A DNA stretch of 64,000 nucleotides, taken from Octopus bimaculoides. Lineage: Eukaryota. The stretch lies in assembly GCF_001194135.2 (NCBI RefSeq), contig NC_068997.1:7781759-7845758 (forward strand), in the 5' to 3' direction. The notes under the pieces were generated by a model. The model was not told where the DNA came from. It saw only the letters and a program-made list of their open reading frames with translations, and searched no databases. Shown piece after piece: positions 1 to 11,230 of this stretch (position 1 is the first letter of the stretch; every line of letters starts with the position of its first letter). Made by a program: the position numbers and the translations under genes.

Positions 1-444
1 CTTAATACAAATAAAATCACATATTCATGATGACTCGACAAAAACCCAAAACAATATAAAAAAAAAAAAAAATAAAAAAAGGTATTCTTTGAATGTCTGA
101 CATAAATAGCTTTCAGAAAGGTTGCTTACATCGAGATGAATAATTTCTTTTGAACAATGGTTTTATCTTGCTGGATTGAGCAGAGATAATGTTTACCTCT
201 ATATATTAACACAAAGGTGAAACACCAACAACAAAATAAGTTTTAGAAGACATTTTTTTCGCTCGCAGTTGTTTGGTGCATTGCTTCAAAGAATGATATC
301 TGCAAAACATGCAATGCAGTTTTGGGAAAATAACGCAGCTGCATCTATTAAAAACAATGTTTTGTGAAGTCTACACTTACAGGTACATAATGATATAATA
401 ATAAGTAATAAAATAGGAAGTCACATTTTTACAATAATAATAAT

Positions 445-703
445 TATGGAGATGTACCTGCATAGCAAGCGACCTGATCTAAGATCGTGTGATGGAACGA
501 AAACAATTGCAGCGTGGAAAGTGTTTATAACCCATTTAAAAACACACAAAAACCGTTAGGGATGCAGCACGGAATTTTGTCAGTGAACAGGTCACGGTCT
601 CAAAGCGATGAAAATATTTTGACAAATTAAATTTAAATGTTGAAGTGAATCTAACGGTTTTTGTGTGTTTTTAAATGGCTTATAAACACCTTCCACGTGG
701 AAT
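445..703. mobile_element. Internally deleted copy of the 61372-61700 foldback MITE
   Basis: Shares the terminal ggagatg.acctgcatagcaag.gacctgatct segment and the right arm. Confidence 0.78.
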
Positions 704-721
704 TAATAATAATAATATTTT

Positions 722-828
722 AGAAAGGATTGACATAACTCTTTACAAAGGTAACTCAGAGAGACAGTACTTTACGCAATATGCATGCAGTTCCAAGTAA
801 AGCCGACATTTGCAATATACCTAGATTA
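722..828 (-). mobile_element. Very short R4/Dong-like RLE tail
   Basis: Minus strand NLGILQMSALLGTACILRKVLSL*, starting immediately after a (TAA)n tract (829-851). Confidence 0.7.
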
Positions 829-851
829 TCATTATTATTATTATTATTATT

Positions 852-1067
852 AAGTCAACAAGCTGGCAGAGTTGTTAGTATGCTGGACGAAATGCTAAGC
901 AGTATTTCACCCGCCACTACATTCTGAATTCAAATTCTGCTGAGGTCGACTTTGCCTTTCATCCTTTTGAGATCAATAAATTGAGTACCAGTAAAATACT
1001 GAGGTCAATGTAATTGACTTAATCCCCTCCTCATAAATTTGAGGTCTTGATCCTCCAGTAGAGAGGA
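852..1067 (+). mobile_element. tRNA-derived SINE family B, flanked by (ATT)n
   Basis: agctggcagagttgttag...ttctgaattcaaattctgctgaggtcgactttgcctttcatcc... Related copies at about 1455-1690(-), 6060-6295(-), 41146-41335(+) and 50672-50890(-). Confidence 0.75.
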
Positions 1068-1091
1068 TTATTATTATTATTATTATTATTA

Positions 1092-1336
1092 GAGCATCCA
1101 ATATCATGATGTTGTAGATTGAAGATATTGGATAAGATGAAAGGAATGCATGATGTCTGTCAAGTCCCAACAAGGACCTCACACAGACAGACACTGCTTT
1201 ACGCAGTATGCCTGCAGTTCCAAGTAATGACGACTTTTGCAATACATCTAGATTGTAGGGTATTTCTAAAGTTTCCAGATATTTCTTCGGGTTGGGTGAT
1301 ATTGAACCCAACGCTCCAATGACAACAACAAGAACC
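1092..1336 (-). mobile_element. Short 3' fragment of an R4/Dong-like RLE retroelement
   Basis: Minus strand encodes VVVIGALGSISPNPKKYLETLEIPYNLDVLQKSSLLGTAGILRKAVSV; the 3' end runs into a (TAA)n tract (1068-1091). Confidence 0.8.
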
Positions 1337-1807
1337 TTTATGTTTGACTCTTGCAGCTGGCAATCTCAATTTTCAGGACTCCATACTTGTTGACCTTTTC
1401 TCTACTACTGCTACTACTACTATTGGTTTCAAATTTGGGACAAGGCCAGCAATTCTGGGGGAGGGTGTAAGTCAATTACAACAGCCCCATTGCTCAACTG
1501 TAACTTATTTTATCAACCCCAAGAGGATGTAAGGCCAAATACACCTTGGTGGAATTTGAACTGAGAATGTAAAGATGGACAAAATGCCACTAAGCATATT
1601 TTCCCTGGCATTCTACAGTTCTGCCAACTCATCATCATCACCATCACCACCACCATCAAAATGGTGAGCTGACAGAATCATTAGCATACTGGAGAAAATT
1701 AATTAGATCACACAAAATGAATATATGAACAAATGATTTTAAATAAAGTCAATTCATAAAAGAAAAAGAAAAAAAAAACTTTAAAAAAAATCAACCATGC
1801 TACTTAC

Positions 1808-1889
1808 TTGAAATTTGTCTCTTAGTTTATTGCTGGCAATTTTATAATTTATTCGTAACATCCATCCTTTTAGATGTTTCTGTGTTACT
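1808..1889 (-). CDS. PLCG1: Phospholipase C-gamma exon (EF-hand region start), 82 nt, phase 2-0
   Basis: VTQKHLKGWMLRINYKIASNKLRDKFQ, similar to PLCG1 ISAKDLKNMLSQVNYRVPNMRFLRERL. Acceptor tgttgtactttcag, donor gtaagt; frame continuous. Confidence 0.9.
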
Positions 1890-2204
1890 CTGAAAGTACA
1901 ACAGAGACAGTCAAGTACATTCACAAACATTTCAATTAATCTTTGAAAATGAATAACCAGCAATGTGGTAGAAGTTATCAACATTCATCATCATCATCAT
2001 TTTACTGTCCACTTTTCCATGTTTACATTGGTCAGACAGAATTTATTAGGACAGTTGTTTTTATGGAAGGATGCACTTCCTGTCACCAACCCTCACCTGT
2101 TTCCAAGCAAAATAAAATATATTGGAAGTGGCACTGCTTGTATGACAGTGATGCTCATTTACAATAACCTAGTGATGTCAAGGAGACCCAAGCACGTGCG
2201 CACA

Positions 2205-2368
2205 CACACATATGATAGGCTTCTTTTAGTTTCTGTCTACCAATTTCACGCACAGAGCACTGGTTGGCCAGGTGCCATATTAGAAGACACTTGCCCAAGG
2301 TGCCATGTGGTGGGACTGAACCTAGAATCATATAGTTGCAATGCCAATCTCTTACAACAAAGCCATGC
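2205..2368 (-). mobile_element. SINE family A, 5' half
   Basis: Reverse complement of the family A head. Confidence 0.75.
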
Positions 2369-2424
2369 TTTTTGCCTACATTTATATGGACAATGTGTTA
2401 AGATTGTCCCCACTGATTATTCCT

Positions 2425-2640
2425 CTATAAAAGTTGATTTCATCACAATTTCTTACTTTCAGCATAAAATAGTTAGAAGAGACGAGTTGGCAGTTAATGA
2501 AACACAAGCAGCAAAGGTACAGGATGCAAAAAGCCCCAACAAAAATTAGTTAAAATTGCTTCAGAGTGAGGAGAGAATTAAAATATTAGCGCCAATGAAT
2601 AAATCTTGTGAAGAAAGACAAGAATAAAAATCTTGGATTC
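2425..2640 (+). mobile_element. Probable RTE LINE C-terminal relic
   Basis: ISYFQHKIVRRDEL...AAKVQDAKS resembles the RTE L.YFGHI.RRD.L....GKV.G.R motif. Confidence 0.4.
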
Positions 2641-3416
2641 AGATTAGTTAAAAAATGAATGGTAAATGTAATGAGGGAGAGAAAATGCAAGATATGTTTC
2701 AGTGTTATTAAACCTCTTCAATGAAACTTAGGTTCATTAGCAAAAACCAGATATTCGATGACTGAGAAATATCCAAAAATGTTTCTTTAGCCAATGTGAG
2801 TGTCTCCTCAGTCACATGACTTACTCAGTGGAATAGCAAAATTGTTTTGCAGCAAACTCCTCACTTACTTCATCCCTTGATTTACCAAATGTCTTGAAAT
2901 ACAAACTTGGAAAACAAAGAATACAATAAAAGCTGAAAAGTTGACCAATGGCTCAAGTTTACCCAAACTGATACTCGGTGTCCTTTATCTGTCAATTCTC
3001 AAAGACCCACATGGATCATGCAGATTATCTAAATGATTGTTCTGATTTCTGAAATGATTGTGAGGGACTCGGTGATATTTCTGACAAGGCTATAATTTAC
3101 AAAAGTCATCATTTGAACACTGGCTTGTCAGCATGGTCACAAACAACTGACTGGAATGAGTAAAAAAAATTAAAGAATTGGTAATATCAATAATGTTGCA
3201 CCAATCGAATAAATAAAAACAATAGGATGAAAAGAGAATGTGACTTCTTGCATGAATTGACATGAGCTTTTGGTAAACAAAGATTGGTCAGCAAAACCAG
3301 GTTTGGCCTGAATTACAAAAAATAGCCCTATGGTTTAAGGTGATCCTATTTACTTCATTTAAATAGTAATTAATTAAACAAAAGATAATGACAAGGCAAA
3401 TAAACTGAATACTCAC

Positions 3417-3464
3417 ACGTATGTACCCAATTTTTCCATGAGGTAGAATTCTTTTCGAAGCCAT
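3417..3464 (-). CDS. PLCG1: Phospholipase C-gamma exon, 48 nt, phase 2-2
   Basis: (R)WLRKEFYLMEKLGTY(V), similar to PLCG1 RWLRKQFYSVD. Acceptor ttttcctttcttacag, donor gtgagt; frame continuous with both neighbours. Confidence 0.92.
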
Positions 3465-4507
3465 CTGTAAGAAAGGAAAAATAATCAAAATTAAAAAAGA
3501 AAATAATTCAATTATGAATTATCACTAATTTTATATTTATTCCTGCGTGAAATGATTTCATTGTCTTTTTTTTTCTTTTTCTTTTTTTTTTCAAGCAAAT
3601 AGTTAATACCGAACCAACCAGAGACAAGCTGAGCCATGCAGCTCGTCCACAGATGGACACAAGAGTGGCTGTGAGGTCAGAAGTTGGCTTCTCAACCACA
3701 TGGTTCCAAGTTCCCAGTGACCTCCAGGAATAATGGGGGGGGGGGGGCTGAATGGATTCCTTTGTTAATGTCTTTCTGGTTATTAGTGTTGGTTACATTA
3801 CTGAGGAAATGGAAGCAAGAGTGACGTATTTAATTCAACATTCATTGTTGTTGCTTAACCCTTGTTTAACCCCAGGTCTACCCTAATTGAGCAGACTTAT
3901 CAAAGCCGATCCAGCCATGACCACTACATCCTCTCTTTGGACTTTTCCTATTTTGCATGACATTATTCAATTTGTCCTTTTTTTATTTTCAAATGGTAGG
4001 ACATGATTTTAAGAGGATTTGGGTGCTGTTTCTAGCAGGTTAAGAGACATACAGAGGATGGCACATTGCAAATGTTATACAGCAACTAAGAAAGACCCCG
4101 ATTATGAGGAAGAGGAAGAGGAGGAGGCAGAAGTACTGACAATGAGCTTGTGATGGTGATGGAAGCGGTGGAAATGATGATGATTATGATGCTAATGATG
4201 TTGAAAGGGAAGGGGGAGTAAGAGGCAGAAAAACTACTGTTGATGAAGTGGTGGTGATGGTGATGATGATGACAATGATGATGAAAGTAAAGCTATCGAG
4301 AAAAAATAATCACACAAAAGAATATATTAATTATATATTAGAAAGTCAGTCAGTCGTTTCAGCTTGGTGCCTGATGATCGTTCTATCTGACTCAGTACCT
4401 AGAACAACTAACCCCAGGTAGGGAGGGAGCATCAGCAGAACTTTGCTCTTTTCCTGCGTCTATCAAAGTCAACACAACCTGGCAAACAAAAACCTGTTCC
4501 AAGCCGT

Positions 4508-4742
4508 ACACACACACACACACACACACACGCAGAGGTATGTATGTATTATGTATGTATGCATGTACGTATGGATGTATGTATGTATGTATGCAGGTAT
4601 GTATGTGTGCATGTATGTATATATGTATGCATGTATGTACGTACACATGTGTGTATGTACGTACGCATGTGTGTAAGTATATTTGTATGCATGTTTGTAC
4701 GTACGCATGTATGCAGGTATGTATGTGTGCATGCATGTATAT
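4508..4742. repeat. Compound (CA)n/(TATG)n microsatellite
   Basis: Direct reading; source of several spurious ORFs. Confidence 0.95.
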
Positions 4743-5340
4743 ATTGAAATGCGACATGATAAACCATTCCTAGATAAAAATTAGAAACTCTGGAATAAAT
4801 GGCTTCCTGTAGGATTTCAGGAACTGTTAAAAGTATTTTGCACAAAAAAAAAAAAANNNNNNNNNNNNNNNNNNNNNNNNNNNNNNNNNNNNNNNNNNNN
4901 NNNNNNNNNNNNNNNNNNNNNNNNNNNNNNNNNNNNNNNNNNNNNNNNNNNNNNNNNNNNNNNNNNNNNNNNNNNNNNNNNNNNNNNNNNNNNNNNNNNN
5001 NNNNNNNNNNNNNNNNNNNNNNNNNNNNNNNNNNNNNNNNNNNNNNNNNNNNNNNNNNNNNNNNNNNNNNNNNNNNNNNNNNNNNNNNNNNNNNNNNNNN
5101 NNNNNNNNNNNNNNNNNNNNNNNNNNNNNNNNNNNNNNNNNNNNNNNNNNNNNNNNNNNNNNNNNNNNNNNNNNNNNNNNNNNNNNNNNNNNNNNNNNNN
5201 NNNNNNNNNNGAGGGAGAAAGAGAGAGGGAGAAAGAGAGAGGGGAGAGAGAGAGGTGAGAGAGAGGAGGGAGGGAGAGAGAGGAGAGAGAGAGAGGCAGA
5301 AAGAGGCAGAAAGAGAAGGGACAGTAAATAAGAAGGGTAC

Positions 5341-5630
5341 AGGCATGATGGTGAGATAAGCTTGCTTCCCAACCACATGGCCCTGGGTTCAGTCCCACTG
5401 CATGGCACCTGGAGCGTCTTCTACTATAGCCTCAGGGCAAAACAAAGCCTTGAGAGTGTATTTGACGGATGGAAACTGAAAGCCTGCCATGTGTGTGACA
5501 ACTGGTGTTGGTGTGTTTATGTCCCCCTAACTCAGTGGGTCAGAAACAGTGATTGATTTGTTTGACTAAAATTTTTTTTTTAAGGCAGAGCCCCAGCATG
5601 GCCACAGTCGAATGACTGAAACAAGTAAGG
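5341..5630 (+). mobile_element. SINE family A copy (diverged)
   Basis: Homologous to 10840-11230. Confidence 0.8.
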
Positions 5631-5670
5631 GATGGAAAATAATAAAGAAACAAAGAAAGAATAGGGAGAC

Positions 5671-5764
5671 CTTTCAACTTGGAGTTGGTAAGAAGCATTT
5701 TGTGTGTCTTGTACCAGATGGTTCAAACCCTTCAACCATTTCCGGAATTCATCTTTGTTGGAGG
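5671..5764 (-). CDS. PLCG1: Phospholipase C-gamma exon (end of PH domain), 94 nt, phase 1-2
   Basis: In frame with the previous exon: (A)SNKDEFRKWLKGLNHLVQDTQNASYQLQVE(R), similar to PLCG1 ATSEDEVNMWIKGLTWLMEDTLQAPTPLQIER. Acceptor cttttgtctttcag; donor is the atypical AAG|gtctccct. Not in the ORF track. Confidence 0.92.
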
Positions 5765-6308
5765 CTGAAAGACAAAAGTAAAAAGTGAGAGAAGAAAATG
5801 GAAGAAAACAAAATGTCTTTTAATGTCACTTCTCAGGAATATATTTTCCATTTAAACATTCAGCATTCAGATTAATTTGTCAAATGCAATTCTTATTAAT
5901 TCACATTCTTTTGGAATAATCTTTAATTATCTTGTAGTTTTGAGATTTCAATGATGTGGTTATTTATTTTTAGACTGACAATTGTAGGGTAGGTGGGAAA
6001 GGTTGGATCTGGCCAACATAAAAAAGGTAGAATATTCGGGCCAGATTAAATGCTGGACGGTTGAGATCATTTCCAACATTGGTACAAGACTGGAAATTTA
6101 AGGGGAAGGGTGGGAATGGGGGGCTTAATTGATAACATTGACACCCAATATTTAACTGGTACTTTATTTCATTGAACCCTGAAGAATGGAAAGTAAAGTT
6201 GACCTTGGCAGGATTTGAACACAGAACATAAAAAACCTGCAACAAATACTGCAAAACGTTTCTCCTGACACTCTAGCAGTTCTGCCAGCTTGCCAACATT
6301 AATATATC

Positions 6309-6378
<70 letters not shown>

Positions 6379-6774
6379 ATGCCTATATAAATGCAGGGGT
6401 TGTATGTCTAGCAGTCAGAAGAAGCCTCCAGACTTTGAAAGATTGGGAAATAAAAGTGGGTAAGGATTACTTATACTTTAATCGAATCTCTTAGAATCAA
6501 TAAGATTTAAAGGGCTGCTGCTAGCAGGGTTGATTTCTTTGAGAAAAATCCCTTGAAGGCAGCATCCCAGAATGGCTGAAGTCCAAAAACTGAGACAAGT
6601 AAAAGATGATGATGTATTCCAGAACCAAAGTTTAATGTTAGCTCCAAAAAAAATCTTCTATGCATGTGTGTGTATATATTCTTTTATTCCTTCAGACATT
6701 TTAGCCCTAAGGCTATGGTCATGCTGGAGCATCACCAGTGTAATCACCCTTACAATGGCCAATCTTATGTGATT

Positions 6775-7450
6775 GGCTTTTGGTGAAGAAGTTCAATACA
6801 GCAGCCCTGGCCCTCGATATAGGTTCGTCTGGGACCTTGGATAGCAGGAGATCAAGTTGTTTCTTGAAAACATCTCCCCTTACTCCATGAAGATCCTTCA
6901 GATGTTTTGCAAGGCGTTAAATAGCTGTGGTCCCTGAATCCTAGCTACTGCAGTACATGGTTCTCAGTCTAGACAGGATAGTTGGGACCTTTGGAACAGT
7001 GCAGTGACATCCAGTTTAGGGACTGGTAGAGCTCTTGGTACCAAAGTTTGGTGCCAGTCCCTCCAGAAGCTTCCATACATATATATCACTGCATACCACC
7101 TCTGTCTTCATTCCAAAGAGTAGAGTTGTAGCTCTTTCAGTCTCTTCCAGGAGCCCAGCTGTTCCATTGATGTAACACCACTGAACTGCCACAAGTTCTG
7201 TTATTAATTGGATGCTAGAGGGTGAGCACAGTTGAGGGAAGTAGTCCAGATGGCTGAGTACAAATGTCCTCCATAGAACCAGCATAGTTTCCTGGTCCCT
7301 TGTTCTGAAGATTCTCAGAATCCATCTGGCCATTCGCCTACACATTGCCACCATTTTGGTGACATGCATGCTGTGAAACAAGGCATCGTTACACATATCC
7401 ATCCCCAGACCACACACTATATGTGACTCTGAGATTGCCACTTCTTTTGG
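6775..7450 (-). mobile_element. Decayed CR1/L2-type LINE, RT C-terminal region
   Basis: Frameshifted TRDQETMLVLWRTFVLSHLDY...QLCSP...ELVAVQ; a shifted frame gives WKRLKELQLYSL, and further on IQGPQLFNAL, typical of the CR1-like ORF2 3' end. Confidence 0.8.
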
Positions 7451-7570
7451 TCCAAATAATATATATATATGTATACACACACACACACACATATTACATA
7501 CATACACAAACACATATATACATATATATATATATATACTGTGTATATGTATATATATATATATATATAT

Positions 7571-7761
7571 GCTTGACCACTAAACCCACAAGTTTTTTTA
7601 AATTCTCTCTCTGTTTATTTTTTCTAATTCCTTTCTGTTGAAGAGCGTAGGCTCGAAACAAACAACTTTTTCATTTTTCCCAAACGTCAAACTAATACAC
7701 CTGCTTGTTGTTCATACACCTGTTTTCGTCTCTAGCTTTTCTGTAAATTTCAACTATATAT
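7571..7761 (+). mobile_element. Probable Penelope-like terminal repeat relic with a decayed hammerhead-like motif
   Basis: 7631-7665 reads CTTT-CTGTTGA-A-GAGC-GTAG-GCTC-GAAAC; bounded by TA microsatellites and an N gap. Confidence 0.45.
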
Positions 7762-7976
7762 NNNNNNNNNNNNNNNNNNNNNNNNNNNNNNNNNNNNNNN
7801 NNNNNNNNNNNNNNNNNNNNNNNNNNNNNNNNNNNNNNNNNNNNNNNNNNNNNNNNNNNNNNNNNNNNNNNNNNNNNNNNNNNNNNNNNNNNNNNNNNNN
7901 NNNNNNNNNNNNNNNNNNNNNNNNNNNNNNNNNNNNNNNNNNNNNNNNNNNNNNNNNNNNNNNNNNNNNNNNNTAT

Positions 7977-8011
<35 letters not shown>

Positions 8012-10839
8012 GAGATAGAGAGAGATATTACAAATTAAAAGGGTAAAGGATTATCAATTTATTAATTCATCTATCTGTGGGAGCCTCAGCTTTTTTAGCT
8101 GCTATTTCTGAACTTCGGTATATGGTGAAGCAAATATTTGCTGATCCCTTAATTATGTTTATATATATAGATATATATATATATATATATATATCAAAAC
8201 ACATGTTTTCCTGAAATAGAAAATAGCCACAAAATGATGACAAAGTGGGTCTATGAGAGAGAGAGAGTAACATGAAAGAAGTGGGGAGAGGGATGCGTTT
8301 CAAATAATTCTAGCCATTTTCAGGTGCTGCATATTGCAACTACCTCGTGCATGTTTAAAACAGAAGGTATAGCAGTGGAATGGTTAGCCATCATCTTCTC
8401 CAGGAAGGAATGAAGAACTTCAGATTGTCGTAATGTAAGGAGAAGAATGTGGCTTGTGATGTTCATGCTACTGCAAAGTACATTAGAGGCATGAAATAAT
8501 CTACATTCAACTAGGAATGAAAACTGGGTCAGAAACTGAGCCAGCATGGAACCTACTTTCAAATCTACACTTGTCACAGAGACAGATAAACACACACAGT
8601 CACACACTCCGGGTAAGTTCAGATGTGTGTAATGCTACGAGTTTCGCAAAGTATATTTAAAACTATGTTCGGTTAAAAAGAAGAAAAAAAAGGAAAGAAA
8701 GAAAAAATGGCAGAAGTGACAGACAGAACAATGGAAAGCTTGGTGTTATGTTTGCTCTGAGATCAACAAAGGGCTCGTTACTTAATAAGCCTGGTGCTAA
8801 CACAAGCAATGAGTGGAGCAAACGGAGGACTGCAGGAGGGTGTATAACCCTTTACACAACCTAACCCAGAATAAATCAACTAACATCACAGAAGTTACAA
8901 AATTCTCTGGAAGATTCCATTGTGGATTAGAAATCATCTGTTACCCTTGAGAAGTGGGAGAACATGTTATAAAAACTCTAATATATATTAATTGAGAGAG
9001 AAATCTGGAGGTTGCGATGATACCTTATTAACTCTGTCGCTTCAGATTACTTCTCTGTCATATGTATCGTTTATTCATTCAGATTGCTTTGAATTAATCA
9101 CGCATTATCTGGTAGCTTTGAGATTTCAGTGATGTGATTGTTTATTTTGACAATGACATTGCAAGGTGGGTACGAGAGGCCAGATCTGGCTGGTTTAGAC
9201 ATATAAGAGATTGAATATTTTGGTCACATATGGTTGGTTTAAATGCTAAAAGGTTAATAATTCCCTTCTTTAACAAGACATGGTGCATTTTAGAATCCCT
9301 CAAACCACACCTGAAAATGGTAATCTTTCCTGTTTTAAAAGATCTTCATTGACCATACATTACTAATCTATAAGCTGCTTTCTGCTCATAGTAAACACAA
9401 AATTCTTCACTTCGATTTAATTCCAAAGAAACCATTCTGTATACCCTTAATAAATAATCCATTTTCTTAACTTCCTCTCAAATTATTCATTCCAACATCA
9501 CCCTCACCAACATCGTCCACAACTGGGTTTTTTTAACTCTTACTAAAAATACATATTTTTTTCTTCAGACACAGTTTTTATTTCTCTTTCCTATATAAGT
9601 GCATACTTTTGATTATTTTAAAAGAAAACATCAACAAAGTTATTTCAATCTGAACTGCCCAACTACAGCTGCCGAAATAAAAAGAAAAAGAAAAAAAAAG
9701 CCCAAAAAACCATGGTGAATTAGCATCAACATTCAAAGAATAAACAAAAAGGATCAACAACCCTGAACTATATAATCTAGAACTATGGATGGCTGTTAAA
9801 CATTTTCATAAATACTTTATTTATTTATTCAATTACTTAATTCTTCAGCTCACTCTGCCCTTCACCTAATTCCACTTTCAAACAAAGAATATTTTCTTTT
9901 AAACTTTCCTTTCCACTGCCAACATCAAAACCTTCACTAACACTGCCAGAAAATATTACAAACACAAACAACAAAAAGAAAGGAAAGAGACAGACCTCTT
10001 AAAATAGTTTCTAATTGAGTAAGAATAACATTTTGGTTAAGGGGAAAAAAATTAATTTATTAATGAATTCTTAGACAAGCACAAGGTCTCAGATTTTTAG
10101 GAGAGACGAGATTTCATGATATTCATGCCTTTTTTTTCTTTCCATTCCTATTTATCTTACTGTTCTGCTGTCATTGCTCCAGTGCATTTGTTTTTAATTA
10201 ATTAGTCAGAAGTGGAACAGCACCTCTAGCCTCTTAGACTCTCTCTCTCAGACTGTGTCAGATTGACGTGGTTCCTATTTCGCTTAAACTCCAAAAGACT
10301 GATGCTTGGAGAATTTCAGAAGACCAAGATGAGAGAGAGAATTTTAGAAGACGATTAAGTAAATTGTTTAATGCAGGATTGAGAGAATGAGACAAAGTAT
10401 GGCTGACAAGATGGTTACATGAAAGGGATCAGGGTTCATAGAGAATTCAACGTAAGAGAAACAACATATTGACCTGTGAACCAGTTGTTGATTGAGCCTT
10501 TCTCAATTCAGGTCTTTAGATGTGATACAGGGTGGTGTGTGTGTGTGTGTGCGTGTGTGTGTGTGTGTAAGCAGAACACCATCGTAAATATATGAAATGA
10601 GAGAGAGAGAGAGGGTGAGAGAGGGTATGAGGGAGGGAGGGCTGAGAGAGAGGGGTTGAGAGAGTGAGATACTTGAGCTTTGCAGACAGTAGGTCAAGTT
10701 TGAAGTATTTTGTGGCCTTGATGAAGAAGCTTAGCTTTAAGGATGAAGTTTCGGCCTGATGTTACAATGGACAATCATTAGAGATTGTGGAAACTGGCAT
10801 TAGTAGTGGTTTCAAAAGCTTTAGCTGTAGATTATAAAC

Positions 10840-11230
10840 GCAGGAGTGGCTGTGTGGTAAGTAGCTTGCTTACCTACCACATGGTTCCAGGTTCAGTCCC
10901 ACTGCGTGGCACCTTGGGCAAGTGTCTTCTACTATAGCCTCAGGCCGACCAAAGCCTTGTGAGTGGATTTGGTAGACGGAAACTGAAAGAAGCCTGTCGT
11001 ATATATGTATATATATATATGTATGTGTGTGTGTTTGTGTCTGTGCTTGTCCCCCCACTATCGCTTGACAACCGATGCTGATGTATTTATGTCCCCGTAA
11101 CTTGGCGGTTCGGCAAAAAGAGACCGATAGAATAAGTACTAGGCTTACAAAGAATAAGTCCTGGGGTCGACTTTCTCGACTAAAGGCAGTGCTCCAGCAT
11201 GGCTGCAGTCAAATGACTGAAACAAGTAAA
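10840..11230 (+). mobile_element. tRNA-derived SINE, family A, near full-length
   Basis: Head gcaggagtggctgtgtggtaag...ggttcagtccc (A/B-box-like), internal (TA/TG)n, tail gcagtcaaatgactgaaacaagtaaa; many homologous copies in this window. Confidence 0.85.

Noticed and set aside
2463-2516. 54-nt plus-strand AG/GT-bounded pseudo-exon (HKIVRRDELAVNETQAAK)
   Set aside because: Better explained as a decayed RTE LINE C-terminus; no partner exons found.
4368-4392. C/D-box snoRNA (TGATGA...CTGA)
   Set aside because: Boxes are only 9 nt apart with no terminal stem.
10840-10915. tRNA gene at SINE heads
   Set aside because: A/B-box-like motifs are present, but there is no cloverleaf and the sequence continues into the SINE body.
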